Origin: a bacterium | GTDB taxonomy: Bacteria; Patescibacteriota; Doudnabacteria; UBA920 | DNA: 64,000 nucleotides | Assembly (NCBI GenBank): GCA_021825655.1 | Contig: JAKAGU010000003.1 | Span: 12,014-76,013, forward strand | Direction: 5' to 3' | Shown here: positions 49,874-59,929 of the stretch, one piece after another | Layout: every line of letters begins with the position of its first letter | Numbering within the stretch: the first letter of the stretch is position 1 | The notes under the pieces: generated by a model | Databases searched by the model: none | What the model was told of the DNA's origin: nothing | What the model saw: only the letters and a program-made list of their open reading frames with translations | Made by a program: the position numbers and the translations under genes

Positions 49874-50116
49874 ATGAAAATCCAAGTCTTGGGCTCCGGC
49901 TGTCCCACCTGTAAAAAACTTTTTGAAATTACCAAACAGGCGGCTAAAGAATTAAATATTCCGGAAGAGGTTGAATACATTACCGACATTCAGCAAATTT
50001 TGGATATGGGCCTAATGTCCAGCCCTGTTCTGGCAGTTAACGGCAAACCGGCCTTAGTCGGTTTCATACCGAAGGTGGAAGAAATAAAAAAAGCTATTCA
50101 AAAAAACATTTCCTAA
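49874..50116 (+). CDS. small thioredoxin-like redox-active disulfide protein (MTH895/ArsE type)
   Basis: MKIQVLGSGCPTC...G.MSSP.L.VNG; ATG at 49874. Confidence 0.9.
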   Translation: MKIQVLGSGCPTCKKLFEITKQAAKELNIPEEVEYITDIQQILDMGLMSSPVLAVNGKPALVGFIPKVEEIKKAIQKNIS

Positions 50117-50118
50117 CC

Positions 50119-51087
50119 ATGAACCTGTTTTATCCGATCCAACTATTTGCCAACTGGATAGCCTTCGGAATTTTTAAATTAGCGCCCAAAAGCCTGGCAG
50201 GGGAGTCTGTAAGTTTTTTCATTTATGATGTTGCAAAAATCTTTATACTTTTAGCTGTAATTATTTTTATTGTTTCAATTATCCGCTCCTACCTGCCGCC
50301 GGAAAAAATCCGCCACATACTCGCCCGCAAAAACAGATTCGTCGGAAATATTTTAGCAAGCCTGCTGGGTATAATTACCCCGTTCTGTTCCTGCTCGGCC
50401 ATCCCTTTGTTCTTAGGTTTTGTCCAAGCTGGAGTGCCGCTTGGCACAACTTTTTCTTTTCTTGTCGCCTCACCCATGATTAACGAGGTGGCTCTGGTTT
50501 TACTTCTGGGTTTATTCGGCTGGAAAATTGCACTGCTTTACATTTTCAGCGGACTTATAATCTCCGTTCTTTCCGGCATTGTTATTGCCAAACTAAAAGT
50601 AGAGAGTCTTGTTGAGCCTTTTGTCTACCAAAGCCTGGCGAATGGCAGCGTGGAGCTGCCAAAAATGACCAAAAAAGAAAGGTTAACATATGCCAAAGAT
50701 TATACTTTGGATATCCTAAAAAAAGTCTGGCGGTATATTCTGGTTGGCATTGGCATTGGCGCCTGGATCCACGGCTATATACCCACGGACTTTTTGGTTA
50801 AATACGCGGGCAGCGGGAAATGGTACGGTGTCCCCTTGGCTGTGCTAATCGGCATTCCGCTCTATTCCAACGCTGCGGGCGTTATTCCGCTGGTTTCCGC
50901 TTTAACAGAGAAAGGCGTAAGCATGGGCACGACTTTAGCTTTTATGATGTCAATCACCGCCCTGTCCCTGCCGGAGTTTATGATTTTAAAAAAAGTTATG
51001 AAGACCAAGCTAATACTAATTTTTGCGGGCATTGTGGGTTCGGGCATAATACTTACCGGGTATATTTTTAACCTGCTTTTGGGTTAG
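50119..51087 (+). CDS. ArsP/DUF318 family permease
   Basis: TPFCSCSAIP, SFL.ASPMINEV, G.PLYSN, LSLPE. Confidence 0.9.
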   Translation: MNLFYPIQLFANWIAFGIFKLAPKSLAGESVSFFIYDVAKIFILLAVIIFIVSIIRSYLPPEKIRHILARKNRFVGNILASLLGIITPFCSCSAIPLFLGFVQAGVPLGTTFSFLVASPMINEVALVLLLGLFGWKIALLYIFSGLIISVLSGIVIAKLKVESLVEPFVYQSLANGSVELPKMTKKERLTYAKDYTLDILKKVWRYILVGIGIGAWIHGYIPTDFLVKYAGSGKWYGVPLAVLIGIPLYSNAAGVIPLVSALTEKGVSMGTTLAFMMSITALSLPEFMILKKVMKTKLILIFAGIVGSGIILTGYIFNLLLG

Positions 51088-51133
51088 GTTTGCCTGTGGT
51101 ATAATGGGATAGCTTATAAAATTAACAAAAAAT

Positions 51134-51463
51134 ATGGAAGATAACAAACATTGCGAAGAATGCTGCGGCCACTGCTGCGCCATGGGCCACATGCACGGCA
51201 TGGGCGGCAAATACCACATCTTAAGGTGGCTTTTGGGTCTTGCCATTATAATTATCGTGTTTTGGATGGGTTTTAAGCTCGGCGAGTTTAAAGGCTACTT
51301 TGCCAACTCCGACGGCTACTACGGCCGGGGCTTTGGCCACGGCATGATGTATTTCGGCACGGACAATACGGACTACTTTCCTGCCAGGCAATACCGAAAC
51401 CAGAACCTGGAATACCCGTCAATGATGTGGCAGCTGCCTTCCACCACTACCCCCGCAAAATAA
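51134..51463 (+). CDS. small membrane protein with Cys/His/Met-rich N-terminus
   Basis: HCEECCGHCCAMGHMHGMG followed by one TM. Confidence 0.7.
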   Translation: MEDNKHCEECCGHCCAMGHMHGMGGKYHILRWLLGLAIIIIVFWMGFKLGEFKGYFANSDGYYGRGFGHGMMYFGTDNTDYFPARQYRNQNLEYPSMMWQLPSTTTPAK

Positions 51464-51476
51464 GCCTGCCCGATTA

Positions 51477-51508
51477 AAACCGCTGCCTTAATAAGGCGGC
51501 GGTTTTTT
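51477..51508 (+). terminator. intrinsic terminator
   Basis: AAAACCGCTGCCTTA / TAAGGCGGCGGTTTT hairpin. Confidence 0.75.
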
Positions 51509-51561
51509 ATAAACAACCCAAGAAGCTTTTATTTTAAGCCTGAATTTGATAAAATAAACTA

Positions 51562-53319
51562 ATGAGATCTCCCACGGCCCAGACCGTTACAATTTATTGG
51601 CAGCACACAAAAAAACATCCGTTGCTGATGTTTTTTACGCTTTTGGGCATTGCCTTGGCCAGCGGCCTGGAAATTCTTAAGCCCCTGCTCTATAAACAAT
51701 TTTTTGACTTGTTGCCCGGCGGAGCGCTGCAGGCTTCGGCTCTGGTTTGGGTGCTGATAAAAATACTTGCGCTTAGCCTGGCCTACTGGGCCCTGTGGCG
51801 GATTGGCACGTTCGGCGCGGCCGCTTTTCAGGCCAAAGTCATGCGCGACCTGCTCAACACCTGCTTTAATTATCTGCAGCGCCATTCCTACAATTTTTTC
51901 ACCAACAACTTCGCGGGCAGCCTGGTGCGCAAAGTCAACAAATACTCCCGGTCCTTTGAAATAATTACCGACCAGTTCTTTTGGGCCATTATCCCGACCT
52001 TTATCCGCATCACGGCCATTTGCACGATTATTATGTTCCGCTCCCGGCTCCTGGGCTTTGGCTTGATTATCTGGTCCGTGGGTTACATTGCCTTCAATTA
52101 CTGGTTTTCGCTTTACAAGCTGCATTACGATGTAAAACGGACGGAGATGGACACAGTAGCAACCGGCGTGCTGGCCGATGCCATATCCAACAACACCAAC
52201 ATTAAAATGTTCGCGGGCTACGAGTACGAAAACCGCAAATTCCGCGACACCGCCGCCAAGTGGTATAAAGCCACGCGCGTTTCCTGGGATTTGCACAATG
52301 TCAACGAGGCTCTGCAGAGTTTGCTTATGGTCGGCCTGGAATTTTTTGTTTTTTACTTTGCCGTCCAGCTTTGGAAAAAAGGCCTGCTGACCATTGGCGA
52401 CTTTGCCATGCTCCAGGCCTACCTGCTACAGCTGTTCAACCGGCTGTGGGATTTGGGCCGCAACATCCGGCGCATTTACGAAGGCTTTGCCGATGCCCAG
52501 GAGATGACCGAGATTCTTAATTCGCCGCACGAAATCCAGGACGCGCCAAACGCAAAAACCCTGGCGGTCAAACACGGCGAAATTGCTTTCCAGGGCATCA
52601 ATTTCGCTTACGGCAAAAACCAGGCGGATATTTTCCAAAACCTTGATTTAAAAATCAAGCCCGGAGAAAAAGTCGCCCTGGTCGGCCCGTCCGGCGGAGG
52701 CAAATCTACAATTGTAAAACTGCTGTCTCGGTTCCATGACCTGAGTTCGGGAAAAATACTGATTGACGGCCAGGATATTGCCGCCTGCACACAGGACTCG
52801 CTCCGGGATAACCTTTCCCTGGTGCCCCAGGAGCCCATCCTTTTCCACCGCACGCTGATGGAAAACATCCGTTACGGCAACCGCGCCGCCAGCGACGAAG
52901 CGGTTATCGCCGCGGCCAAGCTGGCCCACTGCCACGAATTTATTTCGCGCTTGCCGAAAACTTACGATACCTTTGTAGGCGAAAGGGGGATTAAGCTGTC
53001 CGGAGGCGAAAGGCAGCGCGTGGCCATCGCCCGCGCCATCCTGAAAAACGCACCTATCTTAATTCTAGACGAGGCGACTTCTTCTTTGGACAGCGAAAGC
53101 GAAATGCTCATCCAGGACGCGCTAAAAACCCTGATGCACAACCGGACCGCCATTGTGATTGCCCACCGCCTAAGCACCATCATGCAAATGGACCGGATTC
53201 TGGTCCTGGAAAACGGCAAAATTACGGAAGAGGGCCGGCACGAGGAATTACTAAAGATGAACGAGGGCACTTACCAAAAACTTTGGGAAATCCAGGCCGG
53301 CGGCTTTGCGGCCAGTTAA
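51562..53319 (+). CDS. ABC exporter, fused permease/ATPase (MsbA/MdlB-like)
   Basis: TM domain followed by GPSGGGKS, LSGGERQR, ILDEATS and IAHRL. Confidence 0.95.
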   Translation: MRSPTAQTVTIYWQHTKKHPLLMFFTLLGIALASGLEILKPLLYKQFFDLLPGGALQASALVWVLIKILALSLAYWALWRIGTFGAAAFQAKVMRDLLNTCFNYLQRHSYNFFTNNFAGSLVRKVNKYSRSFEIITDQFFWAIIPTFIRITAICTIIMFRSRLLGFGLIIWSVGYIAFNYWFSLYKLHYDVKRTEMDTVATGVLADAISNNTNIKMFAGYEYENRKFRDTAAKWYKATRVSWDLHNVNEALQSLLMVGLEFFVFYFAVQLWKKGLLTIGDFAMLQAYLLQLFNRLWDLGRNIRRIYEGFADAQEMTEILNSPHEIQDAPNAKTLAVKHGEIAFQGINFAYGKNQADIFQNLDLKIKPGEKVALVGPSGGGKSTIVKLLSRFHDLSSGKILIDGQDIAACTQDSLRDNLSLVPQEPILFHRTLMENIRYGNRAASDEAVIAAAKLAHCHEFISRLPKTYDTFVGERGIKLSGGERQRVAIARAILKNAPILILDEATSSLDSESEMLIQDALKTLMHNRTAIVIAHRLSTIMQMDRILVLENGKITEEGRHEELLKMNEGTYQKLWEIQAGGFAAS

Positions 53320-53364
53320 GGCAAAAACCTTTGTCCGGCACTCATGGCATAAAAAATAAGATTT

Positions 53365-53838
53365 ATGAAAAAAATCCTTTCCCTGCAAATTTTAGTTATT
53401 GCCGCGGGTACGGCCTTTGCCTGGAGCGCTGTCTTCGGGGATTTTTCCAGATTTTTCTCCGCAGGCGGGCAACTCACGCAATTTTCCGGCTGCCGCTTTC
53501 CTAATCCCTTGGCCACGCCCTGTTTTTACGGGGCCGCGGCCTTTGTCCTGGCCTTGGCGGGGGCAGTGCTTCTCTGGCAGAGGCAAAAGCGCTCTTGGCA
53601 AAAAAACCTTGTCTGGCTGCTTTTTTGCGGCAGCCTGTTTGCCTGGGGCGTGAACGCCTGGGAATTTTATAAATTCTTCCAGCCCCATACCGGGGCCTAT
53701 ATTGGCTGCAGCGGCTTGCCGGCCAAAAGCCCGTTCTACACGCCCTGCTTTACGGGGGCCTGTTTTTATTTAGCGGCTTTTCTTTTTTCGCTGTGGCTGC
53801 TAAAAAAATGGCCTGTTAACAGTAAACCTGCCCAATAA
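53365..53838 (+). CDS. 4-TM membrane protein with duplicated Cys motif (DsbB/VKOR-like?)
   Basis: GCRFPNPLATPCFYG and GCSGLPAKSPFYTPCFTG repeats. Confidence 0.65.
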   Translation: MKKILSLQILVIAAGTAFAWSAVFGDFSRFFSAGGQLTQFSGCRFPNPLATPCFYGAAAFVLALAGAVLLWQRQKRSWQKNLVWLLFCGSLFAWGVNAWEFYKFFQPHTGAYIGCSGLPAKSPFYTPCFTGACFYLAAFLFSLWLLKKWPVNSKPAQ

Positions 53839-53844
53839 CCCGAT

Positions 53845-54549
53845 ATGTCCGTAACAAAACCCGTAGCCGAACTTAGGCTCATGGCCAACCCGGCAAAAGC
53901 TAAAATCCTGCAAGGCTTTTTCAAAACCGGTAAAGGGGAATATGGGGCAGGCGATATCTTTTGGGGCATTCCCGTACCTAAAGAGAGGCAGCTGGTAAAA
54001 AAATATTGGCAAAAACTTTCGCTGAACGATTTAGACAAGCTACTCAGCTCAAAGGTACACGAACAGCGCCTCCTCGCCCTGCTGATCCAAGTTACGCAAT
54101 ACGAAAAAGGGGATACTGCCGCAAAAAATCGAATTTATAAACATTACCTGGCCCGTACGGCTTACATAAACAACTGGGATCTGGTGGATTTGAGCGCACC
54201 CAAGATTGTAGGCGAACATCTGCAAAATAAAAACCGGAAAATTTTATACACCCTGGCGCGTTCCAAAAACCTCTGGAAAAAAAGAATTGCCGTAATTTCG
54301 ACCTTCGCTTTTATTAAACAAGGCCAAGCCCGGGATACGCTGGCAATCGTCAAACTGCTTTTAACGGACAAACACGACTTAATCCACAAGGCCTGCGGCT
54401 GGATGCTCCGGGAAGTAGGCAAAAGGTGCAGTGAAATAACCCTACTGAAATTTTTGGACCAAAACCGTGGGCGCATGCCCCGGACCATGCTCAGATATGC
54501 CATAGAAAGATTGCCCAGACAAAAACAGCTTTCATATTTAAAACACTAA
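53845..54549 (+). CDS. DNA alkylation repair protein (AlkD family)
   Basis: FFKTG.GEYG.GD.F.G..VP, NNWDLVD, LW..R, DLIHKA.GWMLRE, PRTMLRYAIE. Confidence 0.9.
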   Translation: MSVTKPVAELRLMANPAKAKILQGFFKTGKGEYGAGDIFWGIPVPKERQLVKKYWQKLSLNDLDKLLSSKVHEQRLLALLIQVTQYEKGDTAAKNRIYKHYLARTAYINNWDLVDLSAPKIVGEHLQNKNRKILYTLARSKNLWKKRIAVISTFAFIKQGQARDTLAIVKLLLTDKHDLIHKACGWMLREVGKRCSEITLLKFLDQNRGRMPRTMLRYAIERLPRQKQLSYLKH

Positions 54550-54552
54550 TAT

Positions 54553-55506
54553 ATGTTGCCAGAAGTTCCAAAACCCGGATTTGAACAGGAAATTAAAAAA
54601 CTGCTGCCTTCGGACGGGGATGTACCAAAAAACCTCGTGGTCAGCGACGTAAACAAGGATACCCATCGCTTGTTCTGGTCCAAATACAGCAGCAAAACCA
54701 AGCTTGCCTACCTGGTTATCAGTTTGGCGTGGGCCGGATTTTTTATGTACCTATTCTTTACCAGCCCAGCCCTGAACAACCCCAAGAATGATTCGGAGCA
54801 AATTTACATATTTTTGGCTTTGGTTCCTGCCTTTTTGGTTGCGGGCTTATACGCATCGTTTTACGCCAAAATAGAAAAGTTGTTTATGCAGCAATTTGCG
54901 GCAACCCACGGCCTTACCTACGTTGGCAAAGGTTCAGATGCGGACTTCACCGGTGGGCTTTTCGCAATTGGCCACGGCCATATTGTCAGCCACCTGATGA
55001 CCGGCACATTTCAGGAGCATCCCATCAGTTTATTTTTTTACCAGCACACCGTGGGCTCAGGCAAATCGTCCAAAACGTACCATACGACTGTTTTGAATAT
55101 TGCCCATGAACATACGCTGCCGCCCATCCTGCTGCTGGTGGATAACCAATACTTCGGCGGCTTTGACCCCAAGCTCTCTTTCAGCCAGCCGGTAAAGCTT
55201 AAGCCCGAATTGGAACTGGACAGCCAGTTCGACCTGTACTGCAAGGAACAGTATGAAATAGAAACCCTGCAAATTTTTAACCCGGATTTTATCGGCAAAA
55301 TGATGTCGAACTGGAAAAATTTCAACCTGGATTTTTCGGGCAATAATCTGGTGGTATTTAAATCGGGAAAAATCCTAAATGTGGAGGAGCTGGAAAACTT
55401 TTTCAGCTTGGCCAAGTACATGATGACAGGCATGGAAACCGTACTTAAGAATATCTCCGGCAGCGTTAAAGCCTTAAACGAACTTAACCCAAACAACATT
55501 AAATAG
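54553..55506 (+). CDS. hypothetical 2-TM protein
   Basis: Two TM segments plus a soluble domain. Confidence 0.7.
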   Translation: MLPEVPKPGFEQEIKKLLPSDGDVPKNLVVSDVNKDTHRLFWSKYSSKTKLAYLVISLAWAGFFMYLFFTSPALNNPKNDSEQIYIFLALVPAFLVAGLYASFYAKIEKLFMQQFAATHGLTYVGKGSDADFTGGLFAIGHGHIVSHLMTGTFQEHPISLFFYQHTVGSGKSSKTYHTTVLNIAHEHTLPPILLLVDNQYFGGFDPKLSFSQPVKLKPELELDSQFDLYCKEQYEIETLQIFNPDFIGKMMSNWKNFNLDFSGNNLVVFKSGKILNVEELENFFSLAKYMMTGMETVLKNISGSVKALNELNPNNIK

Positions 55507-55513
55507 GAACTTT

Positions 55514-55834
55514 ATGAACAAAAAACTTGTTTGGCATGGCTTAGGCTATGCCGCTCTGGTGGCGCTATATGTTAGCCTGATAGGCTGGGCTCTGCCCCGG
55601 GTGGGCAAACGGCTAGTACCTGTAGAAAACTCCTTGGGGCCAGTCCTGTTTTTAATGCTCTTTTGCCTGTCCGCGGCAATTGTCGGTACGCTACTTTTTG
55701 GCCGTCCGGCTTATTTGGCCCTGTCGGGCAGGAAGTCGGAAGCTTTGTGGCAAACTGTTTTCAACATCGGCTGGCTGCTGGCACTGACTTTACTGGCTCT
55801 TGTCTCACTTGTCACTTTCATGCCCCGCCAATGA
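55514..55834 (+). CDS. hypothetical 3-TM protein
   Basis: Hydrophobic ORF containing LSAAIVGTLLFGRP. Confidence 0.7.
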   Translation: MNKKLVWHGLGYAALVALYVSLIGWALPRVGKRLVPVENSLGPVLFLMLFCLSAAIVGTLLFGRPAYLALSGRKSEALWQTVFNIGWLLALTLLALVSLVTFMPRQ

Positions 55835-56235
55835 TTCGCACCGCTTTTGCATTAATCACTAACGAACAAGGTGAGATCCTGCTAATCCAGGAAGGCTTCA
55901 AACCAGCTTATGGTACCTGGTGTCTGCCCGGCGGGCACGTGGATGCAGGAGAAAGCCAGGAAAACGCAACCAAAAGAGAGGTCAGGGAAGAGACCGGTGG
56001 ATTGGAAACAGAAATCCAACACTTGATTTTTACAAAAACAGTCAGCAACCAAGAGTACCAGGGCAGGCCTGAGGAGGACGGTCAAAAAATTGAAATTAAC
56101 ATTTTCCAGGCAAAAGCCGTGGCGGGCAACATTGACCCGGGCAAGCTGACCGAGGAGCTAGATGTTCGGTGGTTCCAGCCCAAGGCCGCTTCGGCCCTAC
56201 CTTTGCGCTGGGCCTGGCTGAAAGACCTGTTTTGA
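55831..56235 (+). CDS. NUDIX hydrolase
   Basis: PGGHVDAGESQENATKREVREETG; ATG at 55831 overlaps the upstream TGA. Confidence 0.88.
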   Translation: MIRTAFALITNEQGEILLIQEGFKPAYGTWCLPGGHVDAGESQENATKREVREETGGLETEIQHLIFTKTVSNQEYQGRPEEDGQKIEINIFQAKAVAGNIDPGKLTEELDVRWFQPKAASALPLRWAWLKDLF

Positions 56236-56266
56236 CATTCAGTGAACAAACGTTTACCATAGAATT

Positions 56267-57400
56267 ATGGAGCCGTTAGCCAATAAAATCCGGCCGCAAT
56301 CCTTGCAGGACTTTGCGGGGCAAGAGCATCTGGCAGGGGAAGGCAAGCCTTTGCGCGTTGCCATCGAACAGAAGCATCTGTTCAGCTTTATTCTGTGGGG
56401 GCCACCGGGCGTGGGCAAAACCACGCTAGCGCGCATTTACGCGCACGCCGTCAACGCCGAATTTTTCGAGCTTTCCGCCGTATCCGCAGGCAAAGACGAC
56501 ATCCGCAAAATTGTAGACATCCCGCCGCTCTTGGGAAGGCCTAAAATTCTTTTTTTGGACGAAATCCACCGCTTTAACAAGGCTCAGCAGGATTTCCTGC
56601 TGCCTTACGTGGAAACCGGCAAGCTTTACCTGATTGGCGCCACCACGGAAAACCCCTCATTCGAGGTCATCCCGGCCCTGCTTTCGCGCTGCCGGGTTTT
56701 CACCTTAAGCGAACTGGGCGAACAGGAAATGCTAAAAATAATTGCCCAGACCAAAATAAAAATGGATAAGAAAGCCAAAGACTGGCTGGTCAAAATGGCG
56801 AACGGCGACGCGCGCCAGGCTATAACTATGCTGGAAAACACGCTCAAGCTCTACGACAGAATTACCCTCCAGAGCCTGAAGGACACCCTGCAATCCAGCA
56901 CCTTGCGGTACGACAAAGCAGGAGAAGAACACTACAATACCATTTCAGCTTTCATCAAATCCATGCGGGCCGGACAGGCCAATGCCGCCATCTACTATTT
57001 GGCGCGCATGGTCGAGGCAGGGGAGGATCCCAAGTTCATTGCCCGGCGCATGGTGATTTTCGCCAGCGAAGACATCGGCCTGGCCCAGCCTACGGCCCTG
57101 GTCGTGGCCAACGAGGTCTTCCGCGCCTGCGAAACCATTGGCTACCCGGAATGCTCCATTAACCTGGCGCACGGCGTAGCCTACTTGGCCGGTTCCAAAA
57201 AAAACCGCGCAGCCTACGACGCGCTGTATGCCGCCCTGGATGACGTAAAAAAATACGGCAACTTGCCCATCCCCTTGAAAATCCGCAACGCACCGACTAA
57301 ACTGATGAAAGATTTGGATTACGGCAAAGGTTACGAAAAATACGATACCCAGAGCTATTTGCCGGAAAAACTTAAAAATAAGAAATACTTAAAAATTTAA
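56267..57400 (+). CDS. rarA: replication-associated recombination protein A (RarA/MgsA)
   Basis: PLA..IRP, GPPGVGKT, DEIHRF, GATTENP, SAFIKSMR, ASEDIG. Confidence 0.96.
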   Translation: MEPLANKIRPQSLQDFAGQEHLAGEGKPLRVAIEQKHLFSFILWGPPGVGKTTLARIYAHAVNAEFFELSAVSAGKDDIRKIVDIPPLLGRPKILFLDEIHRFNKAQQDFLLPYVETGKLYLIGATTENPSFEVIPALLSRCRVFTLSELGEQEMLKIIAQTKIKMDKKAKDWLVKMANGDARQAITMLENTLKLYDRITLQSLKDTLQSSTLRYDKAGEEHYNTISAFIKSMRAGQANAAIYYLARMVEAGEDPKFIARRMVIFASEDIGLAQPTALVVANEVFRACETIGYPECSINLAHGVAYLAGSKKNRAAYDALYAALDDVKKYGNLPIPLKIRNAPTKLMKDLDYGKGYEKYDTQSYLPEKLKNKKYLKI

Positions 57401-57417
57401 ATGCCTGCTGTCCAGCT

Positions 57418-58341
57418 ATGAATCTCTTTTCACTTCTCCTGATTATTTTAGGTCTTTGCCTGTTTGAAACCATTTCCTCTATCGACAATGCCATTATCAA
57501 CGCCGAGGTTTTGTCTACTATGGGCAAAAAATCCCGGCGCTGGTTTTTGGTTTGGGGCATGTTTTTTGCGGTGTTTGTGGTGCGCGGGCTCCTGCCTTGG
57601 CTGATTGTCTGGCTGGCCACGCCGAACTTGGGGCCCTGGCAGGCCGTCACCGCGGCTTTTTCTTCGGACCCCAGGGTGCTGGCGGCCGTACACGCTTCCG
57701 CTCCGCTGCTCTTAATGGCAGGCGGCGTCTTTTTGGTCTTCCTTTTTTTCCATTGGCTGTTTTTGGAGCCAAAAAATTACGGCCTGAAAGGCGAAAAGTT
57801 TTTCCATTCGCAGGGAGTGTGGTTTTACGCCGTAGTCTCCGTCCTGCTGTCCCTGATTGTCTGGCAGGCGTTAAAAATTAATCCTTACTTGGGCTTTGCG
57901 GCAGTTATCGGCTCCACGGCATTTTTTATTACCCATGGCTTTAAAGAAAACGCAGCCAAAAAAGAAGAAGATTTGCTGAAAGGCGGCAACCTTTCGGATA
58001 TCAGTAAAATTCTCTACCTGGAAGTTATTGATATGACCTTTTCTATCGACGGGGTTTTAGGCGCTTTTGCCTTTACCCTGTCCGTACCGTTAATTTTAAT
58101 CGGCAACTCGCTGGGCGCATTGGTGGTGAGGGAATTTACCGTCCACAACATTGAACGCATCAAAAAATACATTTTCATAAAAAACGGCGCCATGTATTCC
58201 ATTCTCTTTTTGGGTGTAATTATGCTTACAGACGCTTTTGGCCACGAAATTCCGTCCTGGGTTTCACCCCTCACAACTTTTGCAGTCGTAGGCTTCTTTT
58301 ACTGGAAATCCTTAAGGCACAACCAACCGGATGCGGCCTGA
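57418..58341 (+). CDS. TerC-related DUF475 membrane protein
   Basis: E..SSIDNAIINA and LEVIDMTFSIDGVLGAFA. Confidence 0.85.
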   Translation: MNLFSLLLIILGLCLFETISSIDNAIINAEVLSTMGKKSRRWFLVWGMFFAVFVVRGLLPWLIVWLATPNLGPWQAVTAAFSSDPRVLAAVHASAPLLLMAGGVFLVFLFFHWLFLEPKNYGLKGEKFFHSQGVWFYAVVSVLLSLIVWQALKINPYLGFAAVIGSTAFFITHGFKENAAKKEEDLLKGGNLSDISKILYLEVIDMTFSIDGVLGAFAFTLSVPLILIGNSLGALVVREFTVHNIERIKKYIFIKNGAMYSILFLGVIMLTDAFGHEIPSWVSPLTTFAVVGFFYWKSLRHNQPDAA

Positions 58342-59368
58342 AGCTGAACTGCAAGCTTACGACTACCAGCTTCCGCCTGAGCTGATCGCCCAAAAACCGG
58401 CCTCACCCCGGGAAACGGCGCGCCTTTTGGTATACCAGAAAGGCCAAACAGGCCTGGGCTTTGACACCTTTGCCCATTTAGGCAAGTATTTGCCGAAAAA
58501 TGCCGTCCTGGTTTTAAACCAAACCCGGGTTATTCCGGCCCGCTTGGCCCTGGCCAAACCGACGGGCGGCAAGGTTCAAATGCTTTACGTCAGCCATGGC
58601 CAAGGCTTGATTAAGGCCCTGGCCAACAAAAAACTGGACCTGGGCTTGGAACTTAAAATTCCGGGCACCCGCCACGGCCTAACGGTAGTAAAAAAACAAG
58701 ACCAATTTTACTATTTTAAACCAAATTTTCCTGTCGGGAAAATAACAACCGTGTTGGGAAAGCATGGACAGATGCCTTTACCCCCGTATATTAAGCATTC
58801 ACCCCTGACCGAAAAACAAAAGCGCACCGCTTACCAGTCAGTTTTTGCAAAAAACGGGGCATCCGTAGCTGCTCCCACGGCTTCCCTGCACTTCCCCAAA
58901 AAACTGCTGCAGCAGCTGAAAAAACAGGGGATAAGCATAAAATTTATCACTCTCAACGTAAGCCTGGGAACTTTTGCGCCACTCACCGGCAAACAGTTGG
59001 AAACCGGCAAGCTGCATATGGAAACTTACCACATCCCCGCCGGCACCTTGCGTTTCCTTAACCAGGCTAAAAAACAGGGCAGACCGATTATTGCCGTGGG
59101 AACAACCGTAGTTCGGACCCTGGAATCCGCCAGCCGGAAACACCAGCTCGCCCGCCTCTCGGGCCAAACCGATTTATTTATACGGCCGGGGTATAAATTC
59201 CAATTCATAAACGGCCTGGTTACGAATTTTCACGTACCCAAGTCGAGTTTAATGATGCTGGTGGCAGCTTTAACGGGGAAAACCAAGCTGCTCCGCATCT
59301 ATAAAACCGCTGTAAAATTGCATTTCCGATTTTTTTCTTTCGGTGACGGCATGCTAGTTTTGCCTTAA
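58331..59368 (+). CDS. queA: tRNA preQ1(34) SAM ribosyltransferase-isomerase
   Basis: YDY.LP.ELIAQ.P, N.TRVIPAR, PLPPYI, AAPTA.LHF, AVGTT..R.LES, TNFH.PKS, FSFGDGM. Confidence 0.95.
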   Translation: MRPEAELQAYDYQLPPELIAQKPASPRETARLLVYQKGQTGLGFDTFAHLGKYLPKNAVLVLNQTRVIPARLALAKPTGGKVQMLYVSHGQGLIKALANKKLDLGLELKIPGTRHGLTVVKKQDQFYYFKPNFPVGKITTVLGKHGQMPLPPYIKHSPLTEKQKRTAYQSVFAKNGASVAAPTASLHFPKKLLQQLKKQGISIKFITLNVSLGTFAPLTGKQLETGKLHMETYHIPAGTLRFLNQAKKQGRPIIAVGTTVVRTLESASRKHQLARLSGQTDLFIRPGYKFQFINGLVTNFHVPKSSLMMLVAALTGKTKLLRIYKTAVKLHFRFFSFGDGMLVLP

Positions 59369-59551
59369 ATAAGCGATATTTATTATAATTTTCTGGTTTT
59401 ACCCTTAAAATCTGCCGTCCTATTGACATAAATTTAAAAATCCTTGATTTTATTGGGGTTTTTGCTATTATTATCTTATAAAGCTAATAATTAAAAAGCT
59501 TTTAATACTTTCCTTAATTCGCTCCGAATTAGGAAAACAAGGGAAACACAT

Positions 59552-59824
59552 ATGACAAAATCAGAGCTCATGCAGGCCTTGGCTGACAAACTTGGCAAAT
59601 CCAAGAAGGAAGTCGGCGAATTTATGCAAGCCATGGTTGACATGGCCTACTCCGTAACCAAGAAAGAAGGCGAGTTTGTTATTCCGGGTTTGGGAAAATT
59701 GCAGAAAAAGCAGCGCGCTGCCAGAATGGGCCGCAATCCTGCCACTGGTGAGCAGATTTCAATCCCGGCCAAGACGGTTGTAAAATTCCGTATTGCCAAG
59801 CAAGCTAAAGACGCTATTCTCTAA
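59552..59824 (+). CDS. hup: DNA-binding protein HU
   Basis: MTKSEL...R.ARMGRNPATGE.I.IPAK..VKF. Confidence 0.93.
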   Translation: MTKSELMQALADKLGKSKKEVGEFMQAMVDMAYSVTKKEGEFVIPGLGKLQKKQRAARMGRNPATGEQISIPAKTVVKFRIAKQAKDAIL

Positions 59825-59835
59825 ATCCGCGTTTT

Positions 59836-59870
59836 AACCCCTGCGCCTTAAAAGGCGCAGGGGTTTTTTT
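59836..59870 (+). terminator. intrinsic terminator after hup
   Basis: AACCCCTGCGCCTT / AAGGCGCAGGGGTT followed by a T-tract. Confidence 0.85.
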
Positions 59871-59929
59871 ATGAGCGCGGGCGTGTTATACTATAGGCAG
59901 CTATTCCGCATGCTTTAAACAAAAAACTT

